A DNA stretch of 64,000 nt from Gemmatimonadota bacterium (GTDB taxonomy: Bacteria; Gemmatimonadota; Gemmatimonadetes; Palauibacterales; Palauibacteraceae): positions 14,456 to 78,455 of the forward strand of contig JBDHIM010000002.1 of NCBI GenBank assembly GCA_039587445.1, read 5' to 3'. The position numbers and the translations under genes are program-made. Every line of letters begins with the position of its first letter. Position 1 is the stretch's first letter. Of the stretch, positions 17,466 through 26,047 are shown in pieces. The notes beneath the pieces are model-generated. The model did no database searches. It was not told the origin of the DNA and worked only from the letters and a program-made list of their open reading frames with translations.

Positions 17466-18122
17466 GTGAAACAGCCCTACGTCTTGCCATCCGAGCGCTG
17501 GGACAGGCAACAGAGAAAGGTGCTCGGATGGTCGCTTCTGGTTTCGGCAGTCGTGCACGGGATCTTCTTTATCGCCTGGCGGGGCGCGTCCTCGGCGCCG
17601 GCCGGCGGCCCGGCCGAGTCCGCTCTATCGATCCCCGCGCTGGCGTATGGAGGCGGTGCGTTGCAGGCCATCAGCATGTCCGCGCCACGTCCGTTCGAGA
17701 TTCCGACTCCACCGGAGCCCGCCGAGCTCACCGATGAGCCGGTGTTGGATGTTATCGAGGTCGGTGGCCCGGTCTCGGTGACGCTGGGGAGGCCCGGTCC
17801 TGCCCGAGGGGATCTATCCGGTTCGGGATCCTCTCCCGGCCCCGGCCTCGGGGGCCCTGGCTCGCGCACGACGAGTCCGGTTCCGCGCTCCATCGTTCCC
17901 GAGTGGGATCCACCCGGTGATGTCCGGGGCATGCGGGTGACGGCGCGCGTATTGGTGAGTGCCGAGGGTCAGCCGCTGGGCGAGGTACAACTCGACCCTC
18001 CCACGCCGGATCACGCGTTCAACCGCAGGCTCGTCGAGAAGGTGCTGCAGATGCAGTACATCCCGGGCCGGCGCGACGGCGAGCCGGTGGAGGCCTGGGC
18101 CGAGATCACGTTCGTTTTCTAG
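17466..18122 (+). CDS. TonB-like energy-transducer family protein
   Basis: It has an N-terminal TM anchor (LGWSLLVSAVVHGIFFIAW) and a Pro/Gly-rich linker. The C-terminal region ...ARVLVSAEGQPLGEVQLDPPTPDHAFNRRLVEKVLQMQYIPGRRDGEPVEAWAEITFVF is TonB_C-like. Confidence 0.6.
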   Translation: MKQPYVLPSERWDRQQRKVLGWSLLVSAVVHGIFFIAWRGASSAPAGGPAESALSIPALAYGGGALQAISMSAPRPFEIPTPPEPAELTDEPVLDVIEVGGPVSVTLGRPGPARGDLSGSGSSPGPGLGGPGSRTTSPVPRSIVPEWDPPGDVRGMRVTARVLVSAEGQPLGEVQLDPPTPDHAFNRRLVEKVLQMQYIPGRRDGEPVEAWAEITFVF

Positions 18123-18142
18123 CTGGCCGCCGACTCCTCCTT

Positions 18143-18868
18143 CTAGCCGGCGGCCAACGGACGCCGCGACCCGCTGCCGACCGGACTCAGCCTCCCGCGA
18201 CCCTCCCAGAGGAGCGTGTAGAGCTCGTCATGGGCTGCCGTGACCGAGTGATACTCCGCCAACGGTCGGTCGTTTGCGGTCAGCCAGAGTACACGGATCA
18301 CGGCGAGGTGCGTGATGACGACGGCGGGGGCTCCGTCCTCGGAGAGCTCCGCCTTTCCGATCTGGTCGATTGCGCCCACGGCGCGCTCTCGAACCTCCTC
18401 CAGGCGTTCACGCCCCGGGATCTCCAGCTGTTCGGGCCTCTCCAGCCACTGCCGGTACGCCGACGGCCACCGCTCGGCCACCTCGCTCTCCGTCAGGCCG
18501 GTCCACTCGCCCAGCTCGATCTCATGAAGATCGTGAACGGTGTGAACGGGCAGCGAGAGCTCCGCCGCCAGGATCTCGGCGGTCTCGATCGCGCGGCGGA
18601 CCGGGCTCGTGTAGAGCCTACCGCCACGGAGCCCGAGGCTTCTCGCTAGCCGCACGAGCTCCTCGCGTCCCTCTTCCGTCAGGTGCTCGTCGCTCCACCC
18701 GGCGAACCGGCGGTTCCGGTTGGACTCAGTTTCCCCGTGGCGGATCAACACGAGCGTCGGTGGCTCGGCCAAGTCTACCTCCCGTTCAACGACAGATATA
18801 CGCGTGGCCTTCAGTCGCCGAAACCGGCGATTGAAGATCAGGTGATCGTCGGAGCGAGCCTCCGACAC
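18143..18868 (-). CDS. Histidine phosphatase family protein (phosphoglycerate-mutase-like)
   Basis: LVLIRHGETESNRNRRFAGWSD..LTEEG (RHG motif), and a later ITH motif (VVITHLAVIR). Confidence 0.75.
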   Translation of the reverse strand: MSEARSDDHLIFNRRFRRLKATRISVVEREVDLAEPPTLVLIRHGETESNRNRRFAGWSDEHLTEEGREELVRLARSLGLRGGRLYTSPVRRAIETAEILAAELSLPVHTVHDLHEIELGEWTGLTESEVAERWPSAYRQWLERPEQLEIPGRERLEEVRERAVGAIDQIGKAELSEDGAPAVVITHLAVIRVLWLTANDRPLAEYHSVTAAHDELYTLLWEGRGRLSPVGSGSRRPLAAG

Positions 18869-18922
18869 CGACGCCTTGCCCGGCCGTCGAGGCGCAAGAA
18901 AGGAGGATTCGACGTTCTCGAC

Positions 18923-19564
18923 TTGAACTGTTCCGAGCGACGATCCCTCACGGTGGCTACGCTTCTCGTCCTGCTCGGCACGGCCGTCCGTGTGGCGGTC
19001 TCTCCCGGTCGCGCCGAGTTCACCTGGACGCCAGCGGACTCGAGCGGCGAGCTCCCGACCCTCGGCGAGACGCGGCGCGCGGTGACCGATGCGTTGGCCA
19101 GGAGGGCCGTCGCCGAGAGTCCGCTAGGCGCCGGGGAGAGAATCGACCCTAACGCCGCAACGGCGGAGGAACTGGAGCGGCTGCCAGGGATCGGGCCGGC
19201 AAAGAGCTTCGCTATCGTCGAAGAGCGACGCAGGAGTGGACCTTACACGACTTCGGCGGATCTGGGTCGCGTCCCGGGCATCGGCCCGGCGGTGCTCGAG
19301 CGCATCGCTCCTTATCTCACCCTGCGGCCTAGTCCAGTCTCTCGGCAGAGCTCCGGCCCCTCCTCGGCCCGGCGGGTCAACCTGAACGCCGCGGGTAGGG
19401 ACGAGCTCATGGCGCTGCCCGGAATCGGACCGGCTCGTGCGGACAGCATCCTTGCTTTCAGGGACCGCAACGGAGGGTTCAGGCGGCTCGAAGAGCTGCT
19501 GAACATTCCAGGGATAGGCGCGGCAATCCTGCGTGCTTTGCAAGGGCGGGTCGACGTTCTCTGA
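18923..19564 (+). CDS. comEA: ComEA-like DNA-binding protein with two helix-hairpin-helix modules
   Basis: I prefer the in-frame TTG at 18923 after AGGAGG (18901-18906), because the track start at 18683 overlaps the convergent phosphatase gene. Two repeats are present: NAATAEELERLPGIGPAKSFAIVEERR... and NAAGRDELMALPGIGPARADSILAFRDRNGGF. Confidence 0.75.
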   Translation: MNCSERRSLTVATLLVLLGTAVRVAVSPGRAEFTWTPADSSGELPTLGETRRAVTDALARRAVAESPLGAGERIDPNAATAEELERLPGIGPAKSFAIVEERRRSGPYTTSADLGRVPGIGPAVLERIAPYLTLRPSPVSRQSSGPSSARRVNLNAAGRDELMALPGIGPARADSILAFRDRNGGFRRLEELLNIPGIGAAILRALQGRVDVL

Positions 19565-19739
19565 AACGTTCATAGTGTTTAACGCATTACTGTGTCACAG
19601 TTTACGACCTTCGACCTGCTTTGACACGAGTGGACCGACTCTTGCTCCCACGTGAGTGCCGATTCGGAGGCTCGGTCCACTCGTACCATCTCGGGAGTGA
19701 GGCCGGCGACACTCGACACACGTATCAGAGAAGGGGTCG

Positions 19740-21479
19740 ATGGCGGTTCGCACGGCTCAGAGTCCAGCAGAGACGCACTCGTCTGCCGAGAAGCGCTTGG
19801 GCGAGCTCCTCCTTCAAGCAGAGATGATCTCGCTGGAGGATCTGGAGGCGGCCCGGCAGGAATCGGAGGAGACGGGCGCCCGCCTGAGCTACATCCTCAT
19901 AGCGAAGGACTATCTATCTGAAGCGGACGTCACCTCGGTGATCTCCAGCGAGTACCATCTTCCTTCCGTCGATCTCTCGGAGGTGGAGGTGGATGAGCGC
20001 GCCGTGGCGATGATCCCCTCCGATTTCGCCAGCAAACACGCCCTGCTGCCGATCAAGCGGAGCGGTCGAACGCTCACGGTCGCCCTCGCCGATCCCTCCG
20101 ACCCGACTCTGGTGGACGTTCTGAAGTTCATCACCCGCCTCGACATCGAGCTGTTGGTGGCGGGCGAGGTCTCCCTTCGCTCGCTGATCGAAAAGCACTA
20201 CGACGTCTCGACGGCCAAACTTGGCGAACTTCTGGACGAGCTCGAGGAGCTGGAAATCGAGCTCGTCGAAGAGGAGCAGGAACAGGTCTCGACGGAACAG
20301 CTGCGGGCGCAGGTCGACGATGCACCGGTCGTTCGCCTCATCAACGGCGTCCTTACCGATGCGGTGAAGCGCGGCGCCTCCGATATCCACATCGAGCCGT
20401 ACGAGAAGCAGCTGCGCGTCCGCTACCGAATCGACGGGGCCCTTCAGGAGATCATGCTGCCACCGCTGCGCATGCAGGCGGCGCTGATCTCCCGGGTGAA
20501 GATCCTGGCCGATCTGAACATCGCCGAACGACGGATCCCTCAGGACGGCCGAATCAAGATGAAGCTGGGGAAGCGGGTCATCGATTTCCGTGTCTCGACC
20601 CTGCCCACTCTGTACGGCGAGAAGATCGTCCTCCGGATCCTGGACAAGGGAAACCTGACGCTGGACCTCGAACAGTTCGGTATGGAGCCGAAGGCCGAGC
20701 AGGACATGCTCAGCGCGATCGCCAACCCGTATGGCATGGTGCTCGTGACCGGACCGACCGGTTCCGGAAAGACGACGACCCTCTACAGTGCTCTCACCCG
20801 GATCAACACGGACGAGGTCAACATCATGACCGCCGAGGATCCGGTGGAGTACAACCTGAGCGGTATCAACCAGGTACAGATTCGACCCGAGATCGGGCTC
20901 ACCTTCGCGGCCGCTCTTCGGGCCTTCCTGCGCCAGGATCCCAACATCGTCATGGTCGGTGAGATCCGGGACCTGGAGACGGGTGGGATCGCCGTTAAGG
21001 CCTCGCTTACCGGCCACCTCGTCCTCTCGACTCTCCACACGAACGATGCGGCTTCCACCATCACCCGAATGATCGACATGGGGATCGAGCCGTTCAATGT
21101 CTCGGCGGGCGTGAACCTGATCACCGCGCAGCGACTTGTGCGGAGAATATGCGGGCGCTGCAAGGCGGAGACGACGTACCCGGATGAAGTCCTGCGAGCG
21201 GCCAGCATACCCGAGGACACTCTGGCGGAGCTCACCTTCCACAAGGGCGAGGGGTGCGACGCCTGCGGCGGATCCGGATATGCCGGCCGGCAGGGTCTTT
21301 ACGAGGTGATGCGGATGAGCCGCACCCTAAGGCGAATGGTCCTCCAGGGCGTCTCGGCCGACGACATGAAGACCCAGGCGATCGAGGACGGGATGCTGAC
21401 CCTCAGGGACGATGGCCTCCTGAAGGTGAAGCGGGGGATCACGACGCTGGAAGAAGTGCTCAAGGAAACGGCGGCATAA
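19740..21479 (+). CDS. pilB: Type IV pilus assembly ATPase PilB (GspE family)
   Basis: N-terminal MshEN/GSPII_E_N-like domain, Walker A GPTGSGKTTT, Asp/His boxes, and the tetracysteine motif CGRC...CDACGGSG. Confidence 0.9.
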   Translation: MAVRTAQSPAETHSSAEKRLGELLLQAEMISLEDLEAARQESEETGARLSYILIAKDYLSEADVTSVISSEYHLPSVDLSEVEVDERAVAMIPSDFASKHALLPIKRSGRTLTVALADPSDPTLVDVLKFITRLDIELLVAGEVSLRSLIEKHYDVSTAKLGELLDELEELEIELVEEEQEQVSTEQLRAQVDDAPVVRLINGVLTDAVKRGASDIHIEPYEKQLRVRYRIDGALQEIMLPPLRMQAALISRVKILADLNIAERRIPQDGRIKMKLGKRVIDFRVSTLPTLYGEKIVLRILDKGNLTLDLEQFGMEPKAEQDMLSAIANPYGMVLVTGPTGSGKTTTLYSALTRINTDEVNIMTAEDPVEYNLSGINQVQIRPEIGLTFAAALRAFLRQDPNIVMVGEIRDLETGGIAVKASLTGHLVLSTLHTNDAASTITRMIDMGIEPFNVSAGVNLITAQRLVRRICGRCKAETTYPDEVLRAASIPEDTLAELTFHKGEGCDACGGSGYAGRQGLYEVMRMSRTLRRMVLQGVSADDMKTQAIEDGMLTLRDDGLLKVKRGITTLEEVLKETAA

Positions 21480-21527
21480 GCCACGAAGTCGAACGCACAG
21501 AGGTCAACGAGAGCGGAGTGCTGGAGA

Positions 21528-22709
21528 ATGATGGATAGGGATCACAACGACCGACTGGCCGTGGAGCAGTCGCCCAACGTCGGTATGCGCGCGCTCCTCG
21601 AGGAGATGATCTCCAAAGGTGCCTCGGACCTACACCTCAGTGTAGGCGAACGTCCGAAGCTGCGCATCGATGGTCGGATGTTGGGGCTCGGTAAAGAGAA
21701 GCTCCGGCCGAAGGACACCCAGGAGCTCGCCTACTCGGTTCTCACGGAGCAGCAGAAGAAGCGCTTCGAGCAGAACGCCGAGCTCGACTTCTCGTTTGCC
21801 GTTCCCAAGCTCTCGCGCTTTCGAGGGAACGTCTTCCGTCAACGCGGAAGCGTGGCGATGGCGATCCGCATGATCCCCTTCGAGATCCTGTCCTTCGAGG
21901 AGCTTGGGCTGCCGCCCATCGTCTCGAGGCTTGCGGAGAAGCCCCGTGGGCTGGTCCTCGTCACCGGACCGACCGGTTCCGGCAAGTCGACGACACTCGC
22001 CGCGATGATCGACAAGATCAACTCGGAGAGGGAAGGGCACATCATCACGATCGAGGATCCGATCGAGTTCGTACACAACCACAAGAAGTGCCTCGTCAAT
22101 CAGCGAGAGCTCGGCGCAGACACCGACAGCTTCCCGAGCGCCCTCAAGTACGTGCTTCGCCAGGATCCGGACGTGATCCTGATTGGGGAGATGCGTGACC
22201 TGGAGACGATCGGCGCGGCCCTCACGATCGCTGAAACGGGACACCTGGCCTTCGCCACGCTTCACACGAACTCGACGGCGGAGTCAGTCAACCGGATCAT
22301 CGACGCGTTTCCGGCTCACCAGCAAGGGCAGATTCGTGCCCAGTTGGCCTTCGTGCTCGAAGGTGTGGTCACGCAGGCACTCCTTCCCAAAGCCACCGGA
22401 TCGGGAAGAATCGCTGCCGTAGAGATCATGTTGGCCACCCAGGCCATCAGGGCGCTCATCCGTGAGGACAAGATCCACCAGATCTACTCCGCGCTGCAGA
22501 CCGGAAAGAAGCTCGGGATGCAGACGATGAACGACTCCCTCTACCAGCTCTATATGCGGGGCGAAGTAGCCATCGGTGAGTGCCTACGGGTGAGCTCAGA
22601 TCCGGCCGAGCTCCGTCGGATGCTCGGCGAGCCGGAAGGAGGCGAGGGCGGAGGCTCCGGGTCTCGAGTGGACGAGTCGAAGAAGCCGGGGACGACCGCC
22701 CGGCGGTAG
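21528..22709 (+). CDS. pilT: Twitching-motility retraction ATPase PilT
   Basis: GASDLHL, GPTGSGKSTT, ITIEDPIEF, GEMRDLETI, and AIRALIREDKIHQIYSALQTG (PilT signature). Confidence 0.9.
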   Translation: MMDRDHNDRLAVEQSPNVGMRALLEEMISKGASDLHLSVGERPKLRIDGRMLGLGKEKLRPKDTQELAYSVLTEQQKKRFEQNAELDFSFAVPKLSRFRGNVFRQRGSVAMAIRMIPFEILSFEELGLPPIVSRLAEKPRGLVLVTGPTGSGKSTTLAAMIDKINSEREGHIITIEDPIEFVHNHKKCLVNQRELGADTDSFPSALKYVLRQDPDVILIGEMRDLETIGAALTIAETGHLAFATLHTNSTAESVNRIIDAFPAHQQGQIRAQLAFVLEGVVTQALLPKATGSGRIAAVEIMLATQAIRALIREDKIHQIYSALQTGKKLGMQTMNDSLYQLYMRGEVAIGECLRVSSDPAELRRMLGEPEGGEGGGSGSRVDESKKPGTTARR

Positions 22710-22763
22710 AGAGGTCGAGCGAACAGCTCGGGAACGCTTCAGGGACACCAACCGAGGGACGAT

Positions 22764-23966
22764 ATGCCGCTATTCACCTACAGCGCCCGAACCGTGGGTG
22801 GGGAGATCCAGCGGGACGAGATCGACCTCCCTACTCGCGATGAGGTCGTCAAGTACCTGCGCAAGCGTCGGCTCATTCCGATCACCGTCCGTGAGAAGCC
22901 GAAGGACATCAAGTTCGGTTTTCGCAGCAAGGTGAAGACACGGGACGTCGTAATCATCACGCGCCAGTTCGCGACGATGATCAACGCGGGACTGCCGCTC
23001 GTGCAGGCGCTCCAGATTCTGGCGAAGCAGACGACAAATCCCACGATCCGGGAGGCAGTGGAAAAAGTCGTCTACGAGGTCGAATCCGGGCGAACCCTCG
23101 CGGACGCGCTGAAGGACCATCCGAAGCTCTTCTCCCAGCTCTACGTGAACATGGTGTCGGCCGGCGAAGCCGGTGGTATCCTGGACACGATTCTCCTCAG
23201 GCTCGCCACCTTCCTGGAGAAGAGCGAGGCCCTGGGCCGCAAGGTGAAGGGCGCGATGATCTATCCGGCGGTCGTGCTCACCGTCGCCTTCGGTGCGATC
23301 GTGATCCTCCTTCTGTTCGTGATTCCGACCTTCCAGACGATGTTCGCGAGCTTCAACCAGGAGCTCCCGCTCCCGACCCGAATCGTGATCGGGCTCTCCG
23401 ATTTTCTGCAGGGTTACTGGCTCTGGCTGATCATCGGAGGTGCCGGAGGGGGCTTCCTCTTCAAGCGGTGGATCGCGACGTCCAGCGGGCGTCTGATTTT
23501 CGATAGGCTCCTGCTTCGCATGCCCTTGTTGGGCTCACTGGTTCGCAAGTCCGCCGTCGCACGCTTCACCCGAACGCTGGGCACGCTTCTGAGCTCCGGC
23601 GTGAGCATCCTGGAAGGACTCGAGATCACTGCCCGGACGGCCGGGAATCGCGTGATCCACGACGCGGTGATGGGTAGCCGAGCATCGATCGCGGGAGGTG
23701 AGTCGATCTCCGAGCCTCTTCGTCAGAGCGAGGCGTTTCCACCGATGGTCACCCAGATGATCAACGTGGGCGAGGAGACCGGCGATCTCGACGGCATGCT
23801 CAACAAGATCGCCGACTTCTACGACGAGGAGGTGGATGTCGCCGTGGAGAGTCTGCTGAAGGCGCTCGAGCCTGCCCTCATCGTCATTCTCGGCACGATC
23901 GTCGGAGGCATGATCGTGGCCATGTACCTGCCGATCTTCGGCATGGTCAGCGCGGTTCAAGGATAG
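22764..23966 (+). CDS. pilC: Type IV pilus platform protein PilC (GspF family)
   Basis: Two T2SSF repeats (TRQFATMINAGLPLVQAL... and FTRTLGTLLSSGVSILEGL...) and three TM segments. Confidence 0.9.
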   Translation: MPLFTYSARTVGGEIQRDEIDLPTRDEVVKYLRKRRLIPITVREKPKDIKFGFRSKVKTRDVVIITRQFATMINAGLPLVQALQILAKQTTNPTIREAVEKVVYEVESGRTLADALKDHPKLFSQLYVNMVSAGEAGGILDTILLRLATFLEKSEALGRKVKGAMIYPAVVLTVAFGAIVILLLFVIPTFQTMFASFNQELPLPTRIVIGLSDFLQGYWLWLIIGGAGGGFLFKRWIATSSGRLIFDRLLLRMPLLGSLVRKSAVARFTRTLGTLLSSGVSILEGLEITARTAGNRVIHDAVMGSRASIAGGESISEPLRQSEAFPPMVTQMINVGEETGDLDGMLNKIADFYDEEVDVAVESLLKALEPALIVILGTIVGGMIVAMYLPIFGMVSAVQG

Positions 23967-23992
23967 TGCAGGGCTCATGCGCGGCCGCTTCG

Positions 23993-24019
23993 GGTGCAAA
24001 AGCTCTGGTGTTTTGCACC
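23993..24019 (+). other. Perfect 9-bp inverted repeat after pilC (GGTGCAAAA-N9-TTTTGCACC)
   Basis: Read directly from the sequence. There is no U-tail, so a terminator role is uncertain. Confidence 0.3.
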
Positions 24020-24299
24020 ATGTGTCGGGCTCGCAATATCCGACGGCCGATCGGATCGTCAGGCGGATCACCATGAGGGACGGGCGATTCCCGGGTTCGG
24101 GGCCAGCCGACTCGTTCCGGCAGACAGCTTGCACCCGGAAGCACGCGCAGCCGGTACTCGACCGCCCAAGCGCGGCGGTTCGGGATCGCGGTTGCGGCTC
24201 GGTTGAGTCGGCGGTCCAGCTTGACTTTGCCCACGGCACGGAAAGCCGGGGCCGCCGAGGGGGAAGCAGGCTCCGTAATCCGAGGGGAGACGCGTTCCG

Positions 24300-24842
24300 A
24301 TGATGAAGGGAGTCGTTTTCCAGTTGCTCGAGGATGTGGCCCAGCGAGAGCACGGCCACCAGGCATGGGACGAGCTCGTCGACATGGCTGGACGGCACCA
24401 GGAGCTTTGGTCGCCATCCGAGCAGGAAGCGTTGTCACATCTCACTTGTGCGCACGCGGCCGGCGACATGGATGCCCGATCCGCTCTTCGCAGGACCGGT
24501 CGGCGGGCGATCCCGGTGCTCGCCAACATGCACCCACAACTCTTCGCCAACTCCGACAGCACGCGCGCGTTCCTGCTCGTTCTGGCCGGTGGAGTGGTGA
24601 TCGATACCGTCAAGGGCGTGATACGCTGGCCGGCGGCGGACGCAAACTTCCGCATCCTGCCGGCGCCAGACGGCGACTTCTTCCTGGGATATCGATCGAA
24701 CCAACATCCCTGCGCTCTGGTCGAGGGTCTCGTCGAAGGCGCCGCCGACTACTTCCGAGAGGCCGTCAGCATCGTTCAGCTCAAGTGCACGGGGCGTGGT
24801 GACAACCGATGTCTCTTCTGGATCAACTTCGGCGGCATGTAG
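24300..24842 (+). CDS. H-NOX (HNOB)-like sensor-domain protein, degenerate haem site
   Basis: At 180 aa it has the typical size. The start MMKGVVFQLLEDV is typical, and a Y-x-S motif is present (YRSNQ). No His lies at the position expected for the proximal ligand. Confidence 0.65.
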   Translation: MMKGVVFQLLEDVAQREHGHQAWDELVDMAGRHQELWSPSEQEALSHLTCAHAAGDMDARSALRRTGRRAIPVLANMHPQLFANSDSTRAFLLVLAGGVVIDTVKGVIRWPAADANFRILPAPDGDFFLGYRSNQHPCALVEGLVEGAADYFREAVSIVQLKCTGRGDNRCLFWINFGGM

Positions 24843-24857
24843 TCAAGATCCATTGAG

Positions 24858-24910
24858 CGGTGAGTGAGCCCGCTGGTCCGGCTCCACCAGCTTTAGCGGC
24901 GCACTCACCG
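24858..24910 (+). terminator. Long imperfect hairpin after the H-NOX-like gene
   Basis: CGGTGAGTG (24858-24866) pairs with CACTCACCG (24902-24910). An inner stem is GCTGGT-ccggctcc-ACCAGC. A pyrimidine-rich stretch TTCTCCCCTCCCTCCC follows. Confidence 0.4.
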
Positions 24911-25039
24911 TTCTCCCCTCCCTCCCTGCTCGCACGCTCGACCCCACCCTTTCCTGCCGCTCGACACGATCCTCGCTTACCGGACGATCCTCTTCCGGTT
25001 CTCGTGGCCCGTTCGCGGACCGTGCCCTAGCTTCGAGCC

Positions 25040-25438
25040 ATGGACACCTTGGAGGTTAGTACAGATCGGCGAGAGCAGCTCGTGGATATCACGTCCGACG
25101 TGGAGCTGAGAATCGCCGCCGCCGGGCTCTCGGAGGGAGCCTGCATACTCTGGTCGGCGCACACGACAGGCGGGCTCACGGTCAATGAGGGAGCCGATCC
25201 AGCGGTGGCGGAGGACATCGAGGATTGGCTGGCTTCGGCCGCGCCCCATGGCCGCCACTACCGCCACCTCGAGGGTAACTCGGACTCCCACATCAAGACC
25301 GCGATCGTTGGCCCGGGTCTCACCCTCGTCGTATCAGGAGGTTGCCTGCAACTGGGTCGCTGGCAGCGCGTCTTCTTCTGCGAATTCGACGGCCCCAGAA
25401 CGCGGCGCGTTCTTCTCCAGCTGCTGCCGGCGGGTTGA
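25040..25438 (+). CDS. yjbQ: YjbQ/UPF0047 family protein (secondary thiamine-phosphate synthase-like)
   Basis: VDITSDV...HTTGGLTVNEGADP.V..D....L...AP....Y.H.EGNSDSHIK...VG......V..G.L.LG.WQ.V.F.EFDGPR is the family pattern. Confidence 0.85.
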   Translation: MDTLEVSTDRREQLVDITSDVELRIAAAGLSEGACILWSAHTTGGLTVNEGADPAVAEDIEDWLASAAPHGRHYRHLEGNSDSHIKTAIVGPGLTLVVSGGCLQLGRWQRVFFCEFDGPRTRRVLLQLLPAG

Positions 25439-25860
25439 GCATCCGGGCCGGGGGATGGGACATCCTCGGCCGCGCGATCGGGCTGCCGGCCGACGCCCTG
25501 ATCTCCGCGTTGGGCGAGCCCGTTGCTCGCCGCCTGACCGGTGACGCTCTTTGGCTGGTTTTCGAGGGACCAGGCCGCAGGCTGCGCGTACGCTGCGACG
25601 CGGCCCGTGAGGGAGCCGAAGTGGCCTCGTGGACCCTTTCGTTCGATGCGGGGCCAGCGACACTACGGGAGGCCGCCGAGCCGCTCGGCCTGTGGCCGCA
25701 AGCAGTCCCCGACATCGCCGCCGAGCTGTCCGAGGGATCTCCGATACTTCGAGCCGTGGCCGGGGCCGCCGAAGGCCGCGTGCACTCACTGACCGTGAGC
25801 GCCAAGGGTGGACGCATCCACAAAGTCACGCTGTTCGACGAACCGCCGGAGTGGTTGTAA
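25435..25860 (+). CDS. Hypothetical protein (about 141 aa)
   Basis: In-frame TTG at 25435 forms a TTGA overlap with the yjbQ stop. This is the remainder of track ORF 25342..25860. No recognised domain. Confidence 0.5.
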   Translation: MSIRAGGWDILGRAIGLPADALISALGEPVARRLTGDALWLVFEGPGRRLRVRCDAAREGAEVASWTLSFDAGPATLREAAEPLGLWPQAVPDIAAELSEGSPILRAVAGAAEGRVHSLTVSAKGGRIHKVTLFDEPPEWL

Positions 25861-26047
25861 CCGTTATTCAAAAAGCCATTTAGGAGTTTGGCGTTGCATT
25901 TTTCCCGGCGCCACCTATTGCATTTTGCCAATCCCCAATGTCTTTTTGAACTGTCCCGTCCGATCCGCTGAGATGCGTTCGTTCTCCACCCGATGAGGTA
26001 GCCGGGTCGGAGCAGACAACGTCAATCGCACGCGGACGGGAGGCTCG

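Noticed and set aside
19914-21242. 442-aa minus-strand ORF
   Set aside because: It is antisense to pilB, which has Walker motifs and a tetracysteine motif on the plus strand.
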